From assembly GCA_038844785.1 (NCBI GenBank), contig JAWBRA010000019.1:1-30507 (forward strand): a stretch of DNA of 30,507 bases, in the 5' to 3' direction. Below are positions 19,312 through 28,357 of this stretch, in pieces. Positions within the stretch are counted from its first letter, which is position 1. Each line of letters begins with the position of its first letter. The notes under the pieces are model-generated. The model searched no databases, had not been told where the DNA came from, and was given only the letters and a program-made list of their open reading frames with translations. This stretch comes from Candidatus Caldarchaeum sp. (GTDB lineage: Archaea > Thermoproteota > Nitrososphaeria_A > Caldarchaeales > Caldarchaeaceae). A program made the translations under genes and the position numbers.

Positions 19312-19844
19312 TAAACCGAGCTGAAGCATACGCCGCAGCTATTCTCATAACCATATGCTACATGGTTTTCTACATGTTTTTCACCGGTGCAGCCCAGTAC
19401 ATCCATACAGCTAGGCTAGGCATACCTGAGACACGTTTAATTCTCACCGAGGTCCAAACACAGCTTTACACAGGACCATTGATCCAAGTTGTCGGCGACG
19501 GCTTCATAATCAACCTTAGAGTCTATCCCATGCTGGTTGGCTTGCTTGTTTCAACGCTCGTGTCGTTGAACGGAACGCTCGTCTGGATACTCTACCGTAA
19601 AAAGCTTCTGAGGACATGCTTGCTCGGAGGCGCTTGGGGAGGGCTAGCCGGCTTCGCAGCCAGCATAGTCAGCTTCGGATACGTTTGCTGCGGATGGCCT
19701 GCATCGCTAGCCCTCTTCGGCCTAGGCCTCGTCGCAACGCTAAGCCCCTACCTGACAACGGCCGCAATCATCCTCCTCGCAGCCAACAGCTACACCCTAT
19801 ACCGAAGATTAACCATCCTGCAAAAACTGAAAAACCCGGGTTAA
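19293..19844 (+). CDS. Hypothetical 4-TM membrane protein with a YVCCG motif
   Basis: Four hydrophobic segments; overlaps the SCO stop by 19 nt; fills the gap up to the tRNA promoter. Family not recognised. Confidence 0.75.
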   Translation: MAVVKVINRAEAYAAAILITICYMVFYMFFTGAAQYIHTARLGIPETRLILTEVQTQLYTGPLIQVVGDGFIINLRVYPMLVGLLVSTLVSLNGTLVWILYRKKLLRTCLLGGAWGGLAGFAASIVSFGYVCCGWPASLALFGLGLVATLSPYLTTAAIILLAANSYTLYRRLTILQKLKNPG

Positions 19845-19879
19845 CTATATAACCAGACTCAAAACATCAAAAACAGGAG

Positions 19880-20001
19880 CCCGCGGTAGCTCAGCCTGGT
19901 AGAGCGCCCGGCTGTAGCGGTCAGCCTGAGGCTGCGCCGCGCCCAGCCAACCAGGCTACATAGATACCGGGTGGTCGGCGGTTCAAATCCGCCCCGCGGG
20001 A
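19880..20001 (+). tRNA. tRNA-Tyr(GUA) with a 48-nt canonical 37/38 intron (19918-19965)
   Basis: CCCGCGG/CCGCGGG acceptor with C1-G72 and A73. D arm GCTC/GAGC. Anticodon stem CCCGG/CCGGG with loop CT-GTA-G|A. BHB central helix CTGT/ATAG. T arm GGCGG-TTCAAAT-CCGCC. TATA-like TTAACTATATAA about 30 nt upstream. Confidence 0.95.
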
Positions 20002-20135
20002 CCTCTTCACATGTTTTGAGGCCCACCGGTTTGCGGAGTGTATGTCATCGATCTTGGTATGCTGTGTTGACCGAGGGTTGCTGTTGGTTAAGCTTGTTAA
20101 ACCTTCCCCACCGGTTTTATCGAACAGTTGTAGGC

Positions 20136-20939
20136 TCATTGTTGGACTTGTTCTATTTTTAGAGGTGTTAGGTCTCCGCTCCATTTCAGAACCCAGACAT
20201 CTCTCTGCCTAGCGTATTCAAGCGCATCAGGGGTCGCATAATCGTTGTATATAACTTTAATCAGCTTAGGTCTTAGCAGATCTGGTCTACTGGTTTTCAG
20301 CAGGGAGACCTTCTTCAGCAGCTCGTCAACCAACCCTGTTCCAAGCCTTACAGCCGCCTCGCCAACAACGCAAACATCCTCTGAACACCCGTAGATGTTA
20401 ATCTCTTTAGAGTCTACGAATATTCTCTCCAGCTTTATGTCTACTCCGACATCGCTCCTAACCCTGTGTTTTATGAAGCTGAGAGCTTCCTCCTCAACGC
20501 TTATAGTCAGCCTGTCCAGCGTGACAGCAACCCTGTTCAAAGTAACCCTCATATCCCTCACCTCCTCCCATAGTTTTTCCTGTCCCTGCCACAGCTTCTC
20601 CTGGTTCTCCCACAGCCTTTTCTGGCCTTCCCACAGCTTCTCCTGCCCCTCCCACAGCTTGTTCTGTCCCTCCCATAGCTTCTCCTGCCCCTCTCTAAGG
20701 CTTCTAACCTCCTCCCACAGCTTGTTCTGGCTCTCCCATAGCTTGTGCTGGTTTTCCCAAAGCTTGTTGTTGCTCTCCCACAGCCTGTTGTTTGACTCCA
20801 GTAGCTTGTTCATCTCTTCCTCCAGCCTGTCCAAGCGTTTCAGTATCTCCAGTATCCCTATCCTCCCCGCCACGGCATAACGGAACTCCTCATCCTCCTC
20901 GAGAAGACGTAGCAGCTCCCGCTTAAGGTCGGCAGCCAT
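20136..20939 (-). CDS. Coiled-coil heptad-repeat protein with a degenerate C-terminal PD-(D/E)xK-like domain
   Basis: N-terminus LKRELLRLLEEDEEFRYAVAG is typical of this archaeal family. 12 heptads; C-terminal EINIYG...VGEAAVR. ATG 20939 follows a purine-rich GAGGGGATAGGG; the ORF track extension to 21149 looks non-coding. Confidence 0.82.
   Translation of the reverse strand: MAADLKRELLRLLEEDEEFRYAVAGRIGILEILKRLDRLEEEMNKLLESNNRLWESNNKLWENQHKLWESQNKLWEEVRSLREGQEKLWEGQNKLWEGQEKLWEGQKRLWENQEKLWQGQEKLWEEVRDMRVTLNRVAVTLDRLTISVEEEALSFIKHRVRSDVGVDIKLERIFVDSKEINIYGCSEDVCVVGEAAVRLGTGLVDELLKKVSLLKTSRPDLLRPKLIKVIYNDYATPDALEYARQRDVWVLKWSGDLTPLKIEQVQQ
20553..20804 (-). repeat. 12 imperfect 21-bp tandem repeats encoding L-W-E-x-Q-x-K heptads
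   Basis: LLESNNR LWESNNK LWENQHK LWESQNK LWEEVRS LREGQEK LWEGQNK LWEGQEK LWEGQKR LWENQEK LWQGQEK LWEEVRD. Confidence 0.92.
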
Positions 20940-21201
20940 CCCTATCCCCTCGTCAATCCAACAACCATGGCTAAAAATGTTTTTGTAACGTTGTGAATTA
21001 GCTGGTGCTGGGAATTTTGGATTGGTGAAAAACATTTGGACATCACATGAGATTGTTGTCAATAAAGTATTACACCGAGGTATGCCGTGTGTTAATGTTA
21101 ATCCAGCCGCTGTGTCTTCTGTGTTCTGTCCTATAGCTTTATCGATCATTGTTTTGTTTTATGGTTTTATGTAGGCTTCAACCAGACATGGCAGGGATGG
21201 T

Positions 21202-21999
21202 TTGAGCCTGTGGGACAGGACGGAGAGAAAGCTTAGACAGAAAGAGTACCGCAAAGACAGGGAGCAGCGGTATCTTATAAAAAGGTCGGAGCTGGACGAA
21301 AGCCTAGAGGAGGTCTTCGACCGTCAGACTCTAATGACTATCTACGACATGCTGAACACAGGCAAGCTTAGGGAGGTGATGGGTGTTGTTAGCGCGGGTA
21401 AAGAATCCCGCATATACCATGGATTAGACGGGGCTGGAGCTGAAGTGGCTGTTAAAATCTATCTTGTTTCCTCTGCCGAGTTTAGAAGAAACAGGCTGCA
21501 ATACGTTGTAAACGACCCACGGTTTAAAAAAATCCCACGCAATTTCAGGAGATTCATCTACCTATGGTCCGAACGCGAGTACGCGAACCTAACCCAAGCC
21601 TTTAATGCTGGGATACCTGTCCCGAAACCATTGTTCCAGCTTAACAACGTGATGGTGATGGAGTTTCTTGGAGAAAACGGTGTCAGATACCCGCTCCTGC
21701 ACGAGGAACGGTTTGAAGTGGACGAGCTTGAGACAATCTACAGTCAAGTAACGTATATTTTGAGAAACCTTTACATGGACGCGGGCATGGTTCACGGCGA
21801 CCTAAGCCAGTACAACATCATGGTCGGTAAAGGGCTTAAGGTTTACCTGATAGACTTGGCTCAAGCTGTCTCGAAAGACCATCCAATGGCTGAAACCTTT
21901 CTAAACCATGGTGTGACGGTTTTATGCAGGTTCTTCAGCAAAGCGGGCCTGTCTGTGGACAGCAATGATATGCTGAGAAAAATTACAAACAGGGGGTGA
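21202..21999 (+). CDS. rio1: RIO1-family serine/threonine kinase
   Basis: EVFD, SAGKES.IY, AVKIY, DPRF, W..RE..NL, VPKP, MEFLG, VHGDLSQYNI and IDLAQAV..HP.A motifs. Confidence 0.94.
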   Translation: MSLWDRTERKLRQKEYRKDREQRYLIKRSELDESLEEVFDRQTLMTIYDMLNTGKLREVMGVVSAGKESRIYHGLDGAGAEVAVKIYLVSSAEFRRNRLQYVVNDPRFKKIPRNFRRFIYLWSEREYANLTQAFNAGIPVPKPLFQLNNVMVMEFLGENGVRYPLLHEERFEVDELETIYSQVTYILRNLYMDAGMVHGDLSQYNIMVGKGLKVYLIDLAQAVSKDHPMAETFLNHGVTVLCRFFSKAGLSVDSNDMLRKITNRG

Positions 22000-22002
22000 A
22001 TT

Positions 22003-22599
22003 ATGGAGGGTCCGTCTAGGTTTAAGGGTATTACTCATTCGTCGTTCGTGGTAAACATACCAAAGGAGCGTGTCGGCGTTCTGATAGGCGAAGACGGCTC
22101 AGTCAAAGCACAAATAGAGAGGACTTTGGGGGTTGTGCTAAGCGTAAACAGCAGGGATGGAACAGTGGTCATAAACCTGGCTAAACCTGTTGAGGAGGGA
22201 GGGGACCCAACCTCCCTCTTCAAAGCAAGAGACATCGTGACAGCGATAGGCAGAGGGTTCGCGCCAGACAAAGCCTTCAAGCTTGCGGAGGACGGCTACT
22301 ACCTTTCGGTCATAGACCTAACTGAGTATGTGGGCAACAACTTCAACCATTTAACGCGTGTGAAGGCCCGCATTATAGGAAGCCAAGGCAAGACAAGACG
22401 TATAATCGAGGAGACGTGCCATGTTGATGTATCAATTTACGGAGACACCGTCTCCATCATAGGAAACTATAATGACGTGAGAGCTGCTGAGGAGGCTGTT
22501 ACCGCCTTGATAAACGGAGCTCCCCACGGAACCGTCTATAGAATGGTAAACGACTACGCTAGACGTAGAAAAACAGGCGGCCTTTATCCTCCGAGGTGA
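22003..22599 (+). CDS. KH-domain RNA-processing protein (Dim2/Pno1 homolog)
   Basis: IPKERVGVLIGEDG, AIGRGF.P, RIIGSQGKTR..IE and G.PHG.VY motifs; directly downstream of rio1. Confidence 0.93.
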   Translation: MEGPSRFKGITHSSFVVNIPKERVGVLIGEDGSVKAQIERTLGVVLSVNSRDGTVVINLAKPVEEGGDPTSLFKARDIVTAIGRGFAPDKAFKLAEDGYYLSVIDLTEYVGNNFNHLTRVKARIIGSQGKTRRIIEETCHVDVSIYGDTVSIIGNYNDVRAAEEAVTALINGAPHGTVYRMVNDYARRRKTGGLYPPR

Positions 22600-23396
22600 A
22601 GTCCTGCCACATAGAGTAAAAATCCGGCGATGACTAGCAGGATTCCCAGATAGACAGCTAGTTTTCTGACATCATGTTTTACGCTGAGGTCTAGCATAAA
22701 CTTGATTGTAACCGATCCCGTGGCCATCGCAGCGGCGGCTCCCGCCACCATCTCTAGGCTAATTTCCCTTACCCCTAGGAATAACGGCAGCGATACCTGA
22801 GCCCCTGCCACAGCCGGTATGCTGAGCATGTAGCTTAGCTTCAAAGCATTTCTTAAGCTAAACCCGAGGATGAGCAGGGCTGTGATTGTCACGCCCGACC
22901 TGCTCACGCCAGGTATTATAGAGACTCCTTGAACCAACCCAACCGCCACCGCCGCCGTATAGTTAAGATCAGACCCGTTATGGTTTAAACGGTTTCTCCT
23001 AGGTGCTAGCGAGACGACTATGATTAAAAATCCTACGGCTAGCGTGAAAAGGCTGTCGGGGATGGATAGGTTTCGGAGAGATAAGAGAAGGGACACGGCC
23101 GTCAACGCCGTGGCTGTTGTCGCCATGGACATGAAGACCAGCAGCCTTCTGCCCGGGCCGTCTTTCAAAAGCCCTAACGCAGCCGAGTAAAGGTCTTTCC
23201 TAAGGTAGATGCATGCAGCCAATAATGTTCCCACATGCAGCCAAACGGCCAACCCCAGCGACCTCTCAAAACTCTGGCCGTAGATGATTTTCGAAACCAA
23301 GGTCACAAGACCTTCGCTGCTAATCGGCAGCCATTCAGCGAATCCCTGCAAAACACCCAGGAGAATGGCGTCCGGTAAGTTCATGGCATACAACAT
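22584..23396 (-). CDS. uppP: Undecaprenyl-diphosphate phosphatase (BacA/UppP family)
   Basis: GVLQGFAEWLPISSEG, LHVGT, QG.SIIPGVSRSG.T and S.MLSIPA motifs. Confidence 0.92.
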   Translation of the reverse strand: MLYAMNLPDAILLGVLQGFAEWLPISSEGLVTLVSKIIYGQSFERSLGLAVWLHVGTLLAACIYLRKDLYSAALGLLKDGPGRRLLVFMSMATTATALTAVSLLLSLRNLSIPDSLFTLAVGFLIIVVSLAPRRNRLNHNGSDLNYTAAVAVGLVQGVSIIPGVSRSGVTITALLILGFSLRNALKLSYMLSIPAVAGAQVSLPLFLGVREISLEMVAGAAAAMATGSVTIKFMLDLSVKHDVRKLAVYLGILLVIAGFLLYVAGLHLGG

Positions 23397-23475
23397 GCCA
23401 GCCTATATATATGACTTAGCAGACATCATATGGGGTTCAAGCTGGCTAAAAAAAGGATGGTTGGGGGATGGTAGT

Positions 23476-24096
23476 TTAGTCAGCCTTCTCCGCGGCTGTT
23501 TCAAGATGTTGGAAGGTTTCCGGCAGTTCGGGAAAGTTGCTCTTCATCCTCTGGGCCGCGACTTCAGCAGCCTCCTCCATTATCTTCTGGGCTTCAGGGT
23601 CGCTGACTGAAACATACACGCTACCGCCTGTAACATTGCCTGCTTCTATGATGATGCTCTCCAGCATTTCGTCGACTCTTCTTAGGCTGTGGGCAACCTC
23701 TGGCACGATCCCTGATATCTCATGCTGTACTTGCTTTATTATCTGAGTAGCTGGACCTAGGACATGCATCACGTCGCCGAACTCTTTCACCGTCTCAAGA
23801 CGTAGGACAACTTTGTCGAGTGACATGTGGCTGGCAAGCAGGGTTCGTGTCATTTTACGTAGCTGAGCTATCTCGTTGGCGTAGATTGTAGCTCTTGCGG
23901 TGTCTTTCTCCTGCTCGGCTCTGACACACTGTTCGAATAGCTCTTTCCCCCTGTGCTTAAGCCTTTCAATGGTTCTGTTGAGCTTCTCGTTCTGTATCTT
24001 TAGCTGCGTCAATATCTCTAGCATTCTGTCTTGATAGGCTGTCGGCTGAACGTAAGCCGGTCTTTCCACAGGTTCTTTCTTCCATGGTGCTCGCAT
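23476..24096 (-). CDS. ESCRT-III/Snf7-family protein (CdvB paralog)
   Basis: Helical hairpin with ELFEQCV.A, ARATIYANEIAQLRKM, L..V.LRLETV.E.GD, PEV, EAQKIMEEA..VA and a C-terminal FPELP. At 206 aa there is no room for a winged-helix extension. Confidence 0.88.
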   Translation of the reverse strand: MRAPWKKEPVERPAYVQPTAYQDRMLEILTQLKIQNEKLNRTIERLKHRGKELFEQCVRAEQEKDTARATIYANEIAQLRKMTRTLLASHMSLDKVVLRLETVKEFGDVMHVLGPATQIIKQVQHEISGIVPEVAHSLRRVDEMLESIIIEAGNVTGGSVYVSVSDPEAQKIMEEAAEVAAQRMKSNFPELPETFQHLETAAEKAD

Positions 24097-24203
24097 TTTT
24101 TCTACCTCGCGAACCGGTTTTGAGTTAGGGGTATTTATCGCTTGGCTTCAGCATCGCGAGGCAAGATTATGTGCGGTATATCTGGGTTATACTGGGATAG
24201 TAT

Positions 24204-26375
24204 TCATCCGATGTATGCCATCGACTTCTTGAAGTTGCTGACTATTCTGTCGTATTCTGCTTTCTCCTCAGGTCCGACGCTGGGCTTGATCTTCGTCAAG
24301 GCCTTTTCAAAATACCTCATCGAAACCTTCTTGGCTTCAAGGTTTTCTCTAGCTGCAAGCATCGCAGCCTCTCTGACCACGGCCTCTATGTCGGCCCCGG
24401 TATAGCCCTCCGTTCCAGAGGCCAGTGTTTCGAGGTTTACGTCGTCGTCAAGGGGCATTTCACGGGTGTGTATCTTGAATATGGCTAACCTAGCTGCCTT
24501 GTCGGGCGGCGGTACATACAGGACTCTGTCAAACCTTCCCGGCCTGAGAAGCGCTGGGTCAAGTATGTCAGGCCTGTTTGTAGCACCCATCACAACAACG
24601 CCTTTCAACGACTGAATGCCATCCATCTCCGTAAGAAGCTGGTTGACTATACGGTCTGTAACCCCAGCATCTGTGTGAACTCCTCGCCTCGGAGCTATCG
24701 AGTCAAGTTCGTCGAAGAATATTATGCATGGAGCTGTTTCTCTGGCTTTCCTGAAAATCTCCCTGATGGCTTTCTCTGACTCCCCAACCCACTTCGACAG
24801 CACCTCAGGGCCTTTTACGCTGATGAAGTTGGCCTGGCTCTCTGTTGCAACAGCCTTGGCCAGCAGAGTCTTTCCCGTTCCCGGGGGGCCGTACAGGAGA
24901 ATTCCTCGGGGAGGCCTTATCCCCAGCCTTTTGAAAACATCGGGATACTTGAGAGGCCATTCTACGGCTTCGCGCAGCTCCTGCTTGACGGTCTCCAAAC
25001 CTCCAATATCATCCCATTTGACGTTAGGCACTTCCAGAACAACCTCTCTAAGCGCTGACGGCTGTATGTTTTTAAGGGCGTTGGCAAAGTCTTCACGTGT
25101 GACCTTTATTTTCTCAAGCACGTCGGCGGGTATTACTTCTTTTTCAAGGTCTATGTGGGGCAAAAACCTTCGCAACGCATTCATCGCGGCCTCCCTCGTC
25201 AACGCTGCTATGTCCGCGCCGACGAAACCGTGCGTTATGTCAGCCAGCTCGTCTAAGTTTACGTCCTCGGCCAACGGCATCCGACGCGTATGGATGAGCA
25301 GTATCTCCTTGCGGCCGTTTCTATCGGGCACGCCTATCCTAATTTCACGGTCGAACCTTCCGGGCCTCCTGAGAGCAGGGTCTATCGCCTCTATTCTATT
25401 GGTTGCGCCGATAACTATTACTTGACCCCGGCTCTTCAACCCATCCATCAAAGTAAGCAGCTGCGAGACTACTCTTCTTTCAACCTCGCCGGTGACCTCA
25501 CTCCTCTTAGATGCGATTGCGTCAAGCTCGTCTATGAAAATTATGGAGGGAGCGTTCTGCTCAGCCTCTTGAAACACTTCACGCAGCCTAGCTTCAGACT
25601 CTCCGTAAAACTTGCTCATAATCTCGGGCCCGTTTATTGAAACGAAATGAGCGCCGGTCTCGTTAGCTATAGCTTTGGCGATGAGCGTTTTACCTGTGCC
25701 TGGAGGGCCGTACAGTATGACACCCTTCGGAGGCTCTATGCCCAAATGTCTGAAGAGCTCCGGATGCTTGAGAGGCAGCTCTATCATCTCTCTAATTCTC
25801 TGAAGCTCTTCGTGGAGGCCGCCTATGTCTTCATAGGTTACTCCCGAAACTTCTTCAAGCCTCTTGGCTGGTGTAGTACTTATTTCGACAACGGTGCTCT
25901 CGGTGACCATGACTATAGGCGATGGGCTTGTCGAGCTAACCTTTAGCTCCACACCCATGCCCAAGACAGGTACTACTATAATATCCCCCTTAGCAACAGG
26001 CATGTTTAGCAGCTGGCTTCTAACTATCCTGCCAAAGTCGCCCACGAAGGGCAGCGGCTCGAAAGGCGCTAGAACAATCTTTGTTGCAGGCTTGGCGGTT
26101 GTTTTACTGATTCTAACATACTCCCCTACACTGACGCCTGAGTTGCGTCTTATCTCTCCGTCAATTCTTATAATACCCTGTCCATCATCCTCTTTGTAGG
26201 GCGGCCAGACTATAGCCACAGTTGTCCTCCTCCCAGTTATTTCGATCAAATCTCCGGGGCTGAGGTCGATTTCTTTCATGCCTTGGCTGTCCACGCGCGC
26301 GATTTTCCGGCCTATGTCCCTTTGCCTCGCCTCAGCAACCCTTAGGCTAAGCTCCTTCTTTTTGACAGCAGACAT
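24204..26375 (-). CDS. cdc48: CDC48/VAT/p97-family AAA+ ATPase
   Basis: N-domain (LRVAEA..RD.GR.IAR.D) and two AAA modules ([30 protein letters not shown]). Confidence 0.96.
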   Translation of the reverse strand: MSAVKKKELSLRVAEARQRDIGRKIARVDSQGMKEIDLSPGDLIEITGRRTTVAIVWPPYKEDDGQGIIRIDGEIRRNSGVSVGEYVRISKTTAKPATKIVLAPFEPLPFVGDFGRIVRSQLLNMPVAKGDIIVVPVLGMGVELKVSSTSPSPIVMVTESTVVEISTTPAKRLEEVSGVTYEDIGGLHEELQRIREMIELPLKHPELFRHLGIEPPKGVILYGPPGTGKTLIAKAIANETGAHFVSINGPEIMSKFYGESEARLREVFQEAEQNAPSIIFIDELDAIASKRSEVTGEVERRVVSQLLTLMDGLKSRGQVIVIGATNRIEAIDPALRRPGRFDREIRIGVPDRNGRKEILLIHTRRMPLAEDVNLDELADITHGFVGADIAALTREAAMNALRRFLPHIDLEKEVIPADVLEKIKVTREDFANALKNIQPSALREVVLEVPNVKWDDIGGLETVKQELREAVEWPLKYPDVFKRLGIRPPRGILLYGPPGTGKTLLAKAVATESQANFISVKGPEVLSKWVGESEKAIREIFRKARETAPCIIFFDELDSIAPRRGVHTDAGVTDRIVNQLLTEMDGIQSLKGVVVMGATNRPDILDPALLRPGRFDRVLYVPPPDKAARLAIFKIHTREMPLDDDVNLETLASGTEGYTGADIEAVVREAAMLAARENLEAKKVSMRYFEKALTKIKPSVGPEEKAEYDRIVSNFKKSMAYIG

Positions 26376-26486
26376 AGCCTAACAATCCCATTTATCGCTA
26401 GGTATAAAACTTTGCCCGATAAGAAAGCCTTCTACACTCTCATAAACCCTTTTAAACCGTTGTGAAACGGCTGCTCCGCCGACTAT

Positions 26487-28289
26487 CTAACCCCCATAAT
26501 AATAGTATTCGCCGGCTTTCTTCTGCAAACGGTCCAGCTGGGAGCCTTTTTTATTGATGCGAGGCCTTTTGGTTGTTTGGTCGCGGCGGAAGGTGACGTC
26601 CATAGCTTTTAAAAATGTGTTGAAGCCTGTTCTGAGGTCGGTTGGCGGGTGGGCGTAACCCTCGACCCCCGGCTGGCCCTCGAAAACCATTATTGCAGTG
26701 GACGCGAAGTCGAGAACTGTAAAGTCATGTTCCACCAGTAGTATGTAAACATTCATCTCCAAAGCCATCCTCTTCAACAGCTTAGCCATATGGTATCTTT
26801 CCTCGACGTCTAGGAAGGCGCTCGGCTCATCCAAAACATATATGTCGGCTCTCTTAGACAGTGCCTCAGCCACAACCACTTTCTGCAGTTCCCCCCCGCT
26901 CAGTTCCTGCATGTTTTTGTCCAGCAGCTTCTCCAAGCCAAACGGCTTTATGATCATGGACTGGTATAACGACGTCTCATAAGAATCTCCTGCTGCACGT
27001 TTCAAAGCATCCTGTACGGTTATGTCCTCGGCTTGTGGATACTGTGGTTTATAGCTCACGGCTTTTGGGTCAAAAGAGTATCCTTCGTCGGTTTTGGCTG
27101 TTCCAGCGATAACCGAGGCGAAGGTTGTTTTTCCAATGCCGTTAGGGCCTACGATGCCTAAAACCTCACCCCGTCCAACCCATCCCTCGGCGACGTGAAG
27201 CTTGAATCCTGGAAAACTTTTAGTCATCTCAGGCCATCTCAGCTTCTCCACACCAGCTTCAAACTCTCTTGTCGGAGGCTTTAGCTGGAAGTCTATTCTA
27301 TCATCCCTAAACCTTACGTTTTCATCAGGAATGTATCCTTCGACAAAGATGTTGATGCCCTCCCTTACGCCGTAGGGGCCTGCGACAACACCGTAGACTG
27401 AGGGTTCGCCGTAAAGTAAGAAGATGGTGTCCGACAGATAGTCTAAAACAGCTAGGTCGTGATCGGCCACGACCGCCTTCTTGTCTTCTCCCACCGTGTT
27501 GCGTACCGCCTCAACCATCCTTAACCTCTGCCTGATGTCAAGGAAGCTTGATGGCTCGTCAAGGATGTATATGTCGGCATTCTTTAGCAGGCATGCTGCT
27601 ATGGCAAGCCGCTGCAGCTCGCCTCCGCTTAGAACGCTGACGTCCCTGTCAGCTATCAGCTCTAGGTCTAGGTCTTTCATCACTCGGTGGACATCCTCAG
27701 CCTTTCCAATCCTTTCCAAAATATCCTTGACCCGGCCCTTTACTACTTTCGCCACGTCGGCTATGTTCTGCGGTTTATAGGACACCTTCAGACTACCTTT
27801 AGCTACTAGGGTTAGATGCTCCTTCAGCAAGGATGAGCGGAAGAATTTCGGCGGTTTGTCCAAGCTTAGCTGTTCCTCCAGGCTGCCGAAGTTAGGGACC
27901 AGCTGGCCTGCAAGTATCTTTATCGCCGTAGACTTTCCTATTCCGTTCTTCCCCAATAATCCGACTATTTTTCCCCGCTCAGGGTATGGTAGGCGAAACA
28001 GCTTGAACTTGTTGACGCCGTAGTGATGTGCTACGCTGTCCTTGAGCTCTGTAGGCAGGTTAATGATTGTTATGGCTTCGAAGGGACATTTTTTGACGCA
28101 TATGCCGCAGCTTATACAGAGGGTTTCGCTTATAATTGGGAAGCCGTCGTCACCCATTTTAATGGCTTCTATTTTGTTCCTTACCGGCGGGCAGTAGGTT
28201 ATGCAGGGCCAGTTTCCGCACTTTTTCGAATCGCATAAATCTCTATCCAGAACTGCTACTCTGTGGTCGGACACCATTTTCAACACCAT
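26487..28289 (-). CDS. rli1: Ribosome recycling ATPase ABCE1/Rli1
   Basis: N-terminal Fe-S cysteines (C..KKC...C...CP; CISCGICVKKCPF), two ABC domains (GKNGIGKS, GPNGIGKT, LSGGELQ twice) and FRRD...RPRINK..S.LD. Confidence 0.96.
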   Translation of the reverse strand: MVLKMVSDHRVAVLDRDLCDSKKCGNWPCITYCPPVRNKIEAIKMGDDGFPIISETLCISCGICVKKCPFEAITIINLPTELKDSVAHHYGVNKFKLFRLPYPERGKIVGLLGKNGIGKSTAIKILAGQLVPNFGSLEEQLSLDKPPKFFRSSLLKEHLTLVAKGSLKVSYKPQNIADVAKVVKGRVKDILERIGKAEDVHRVMKDLDLELIADRDVSVLSGGELQRLAIAACLLKNADIYILDEPSSFLDIRQRLRMVEAVRNTVGEDKKAVVADHDLAVLDYLSDTIFLLYGEPSVYGVVAGPYGVREGINIFVEGYIPDENVRFRDDRIDFQLKPPTREFEAGVEKLRWPEMTKSFPGFKLHVAEGWVGRGEVLGIVGPNGIGKTTFASVIAGTAKTDEGYSFDPKAVSYKPQYPQAEDITVQDALKRAAGDSYETSLYQSMIIKPFGLEKLLDKNMQELSGGELQKVVVAEALSKRADIYVLDEPSAFLDVEERYHMAKLLKRMALEMNVYILLVEHDFTVLDFASTAIMVFEGQPGVEGYAHPPTDLRTGFNTFLKAMDVTFRRDQTTKRPRINKKGSQLDRLQKKAGEYYYYGG

Positions 28290-28357
28290 GTGAACCTGCT
28301 AGAAATATGCCGGTATCATTGTTCAGAGATTGACGGCTGTAGCAGTTAAAAAACGTA

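Noticed and set aside
20395-20880. Antisense 161-aa ORF with SHS repeats, or the repeats as a CRISPR array
   Set aside because: The ORF is the mirror of the coding heptad repeat. The units are contiguous 21-mers with no unique spacers.
19880-21200. Integrated element at tRNA-Tyr (or at tRNA-Arg)
   Set aside because: I saw no duplicated tRNA 3' end (att site) and no integrase in the window.
24724-25425. Long antisense ORFs (233 aa here; also 15695-16237, 12822-13307, 1029-1502 and 5377-5820)
   Set aside because: They are shadows on the opposite strand of well-conserved genes and have no motifs of their own.
28290-28350. Possible H/ACA RNA or K-loop hairpin upstream of ABCE1 (minus strand CTGCTA...CTGA-ACA-ATGAT...TAGCAG...ACA)
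   Set aside because: The K-loop lacks the C-G pair, the ACA spacing is off (about 17 nt) and there is no C box. Too weak to call, though an Infernal or L7Ae-binding check is cheap.
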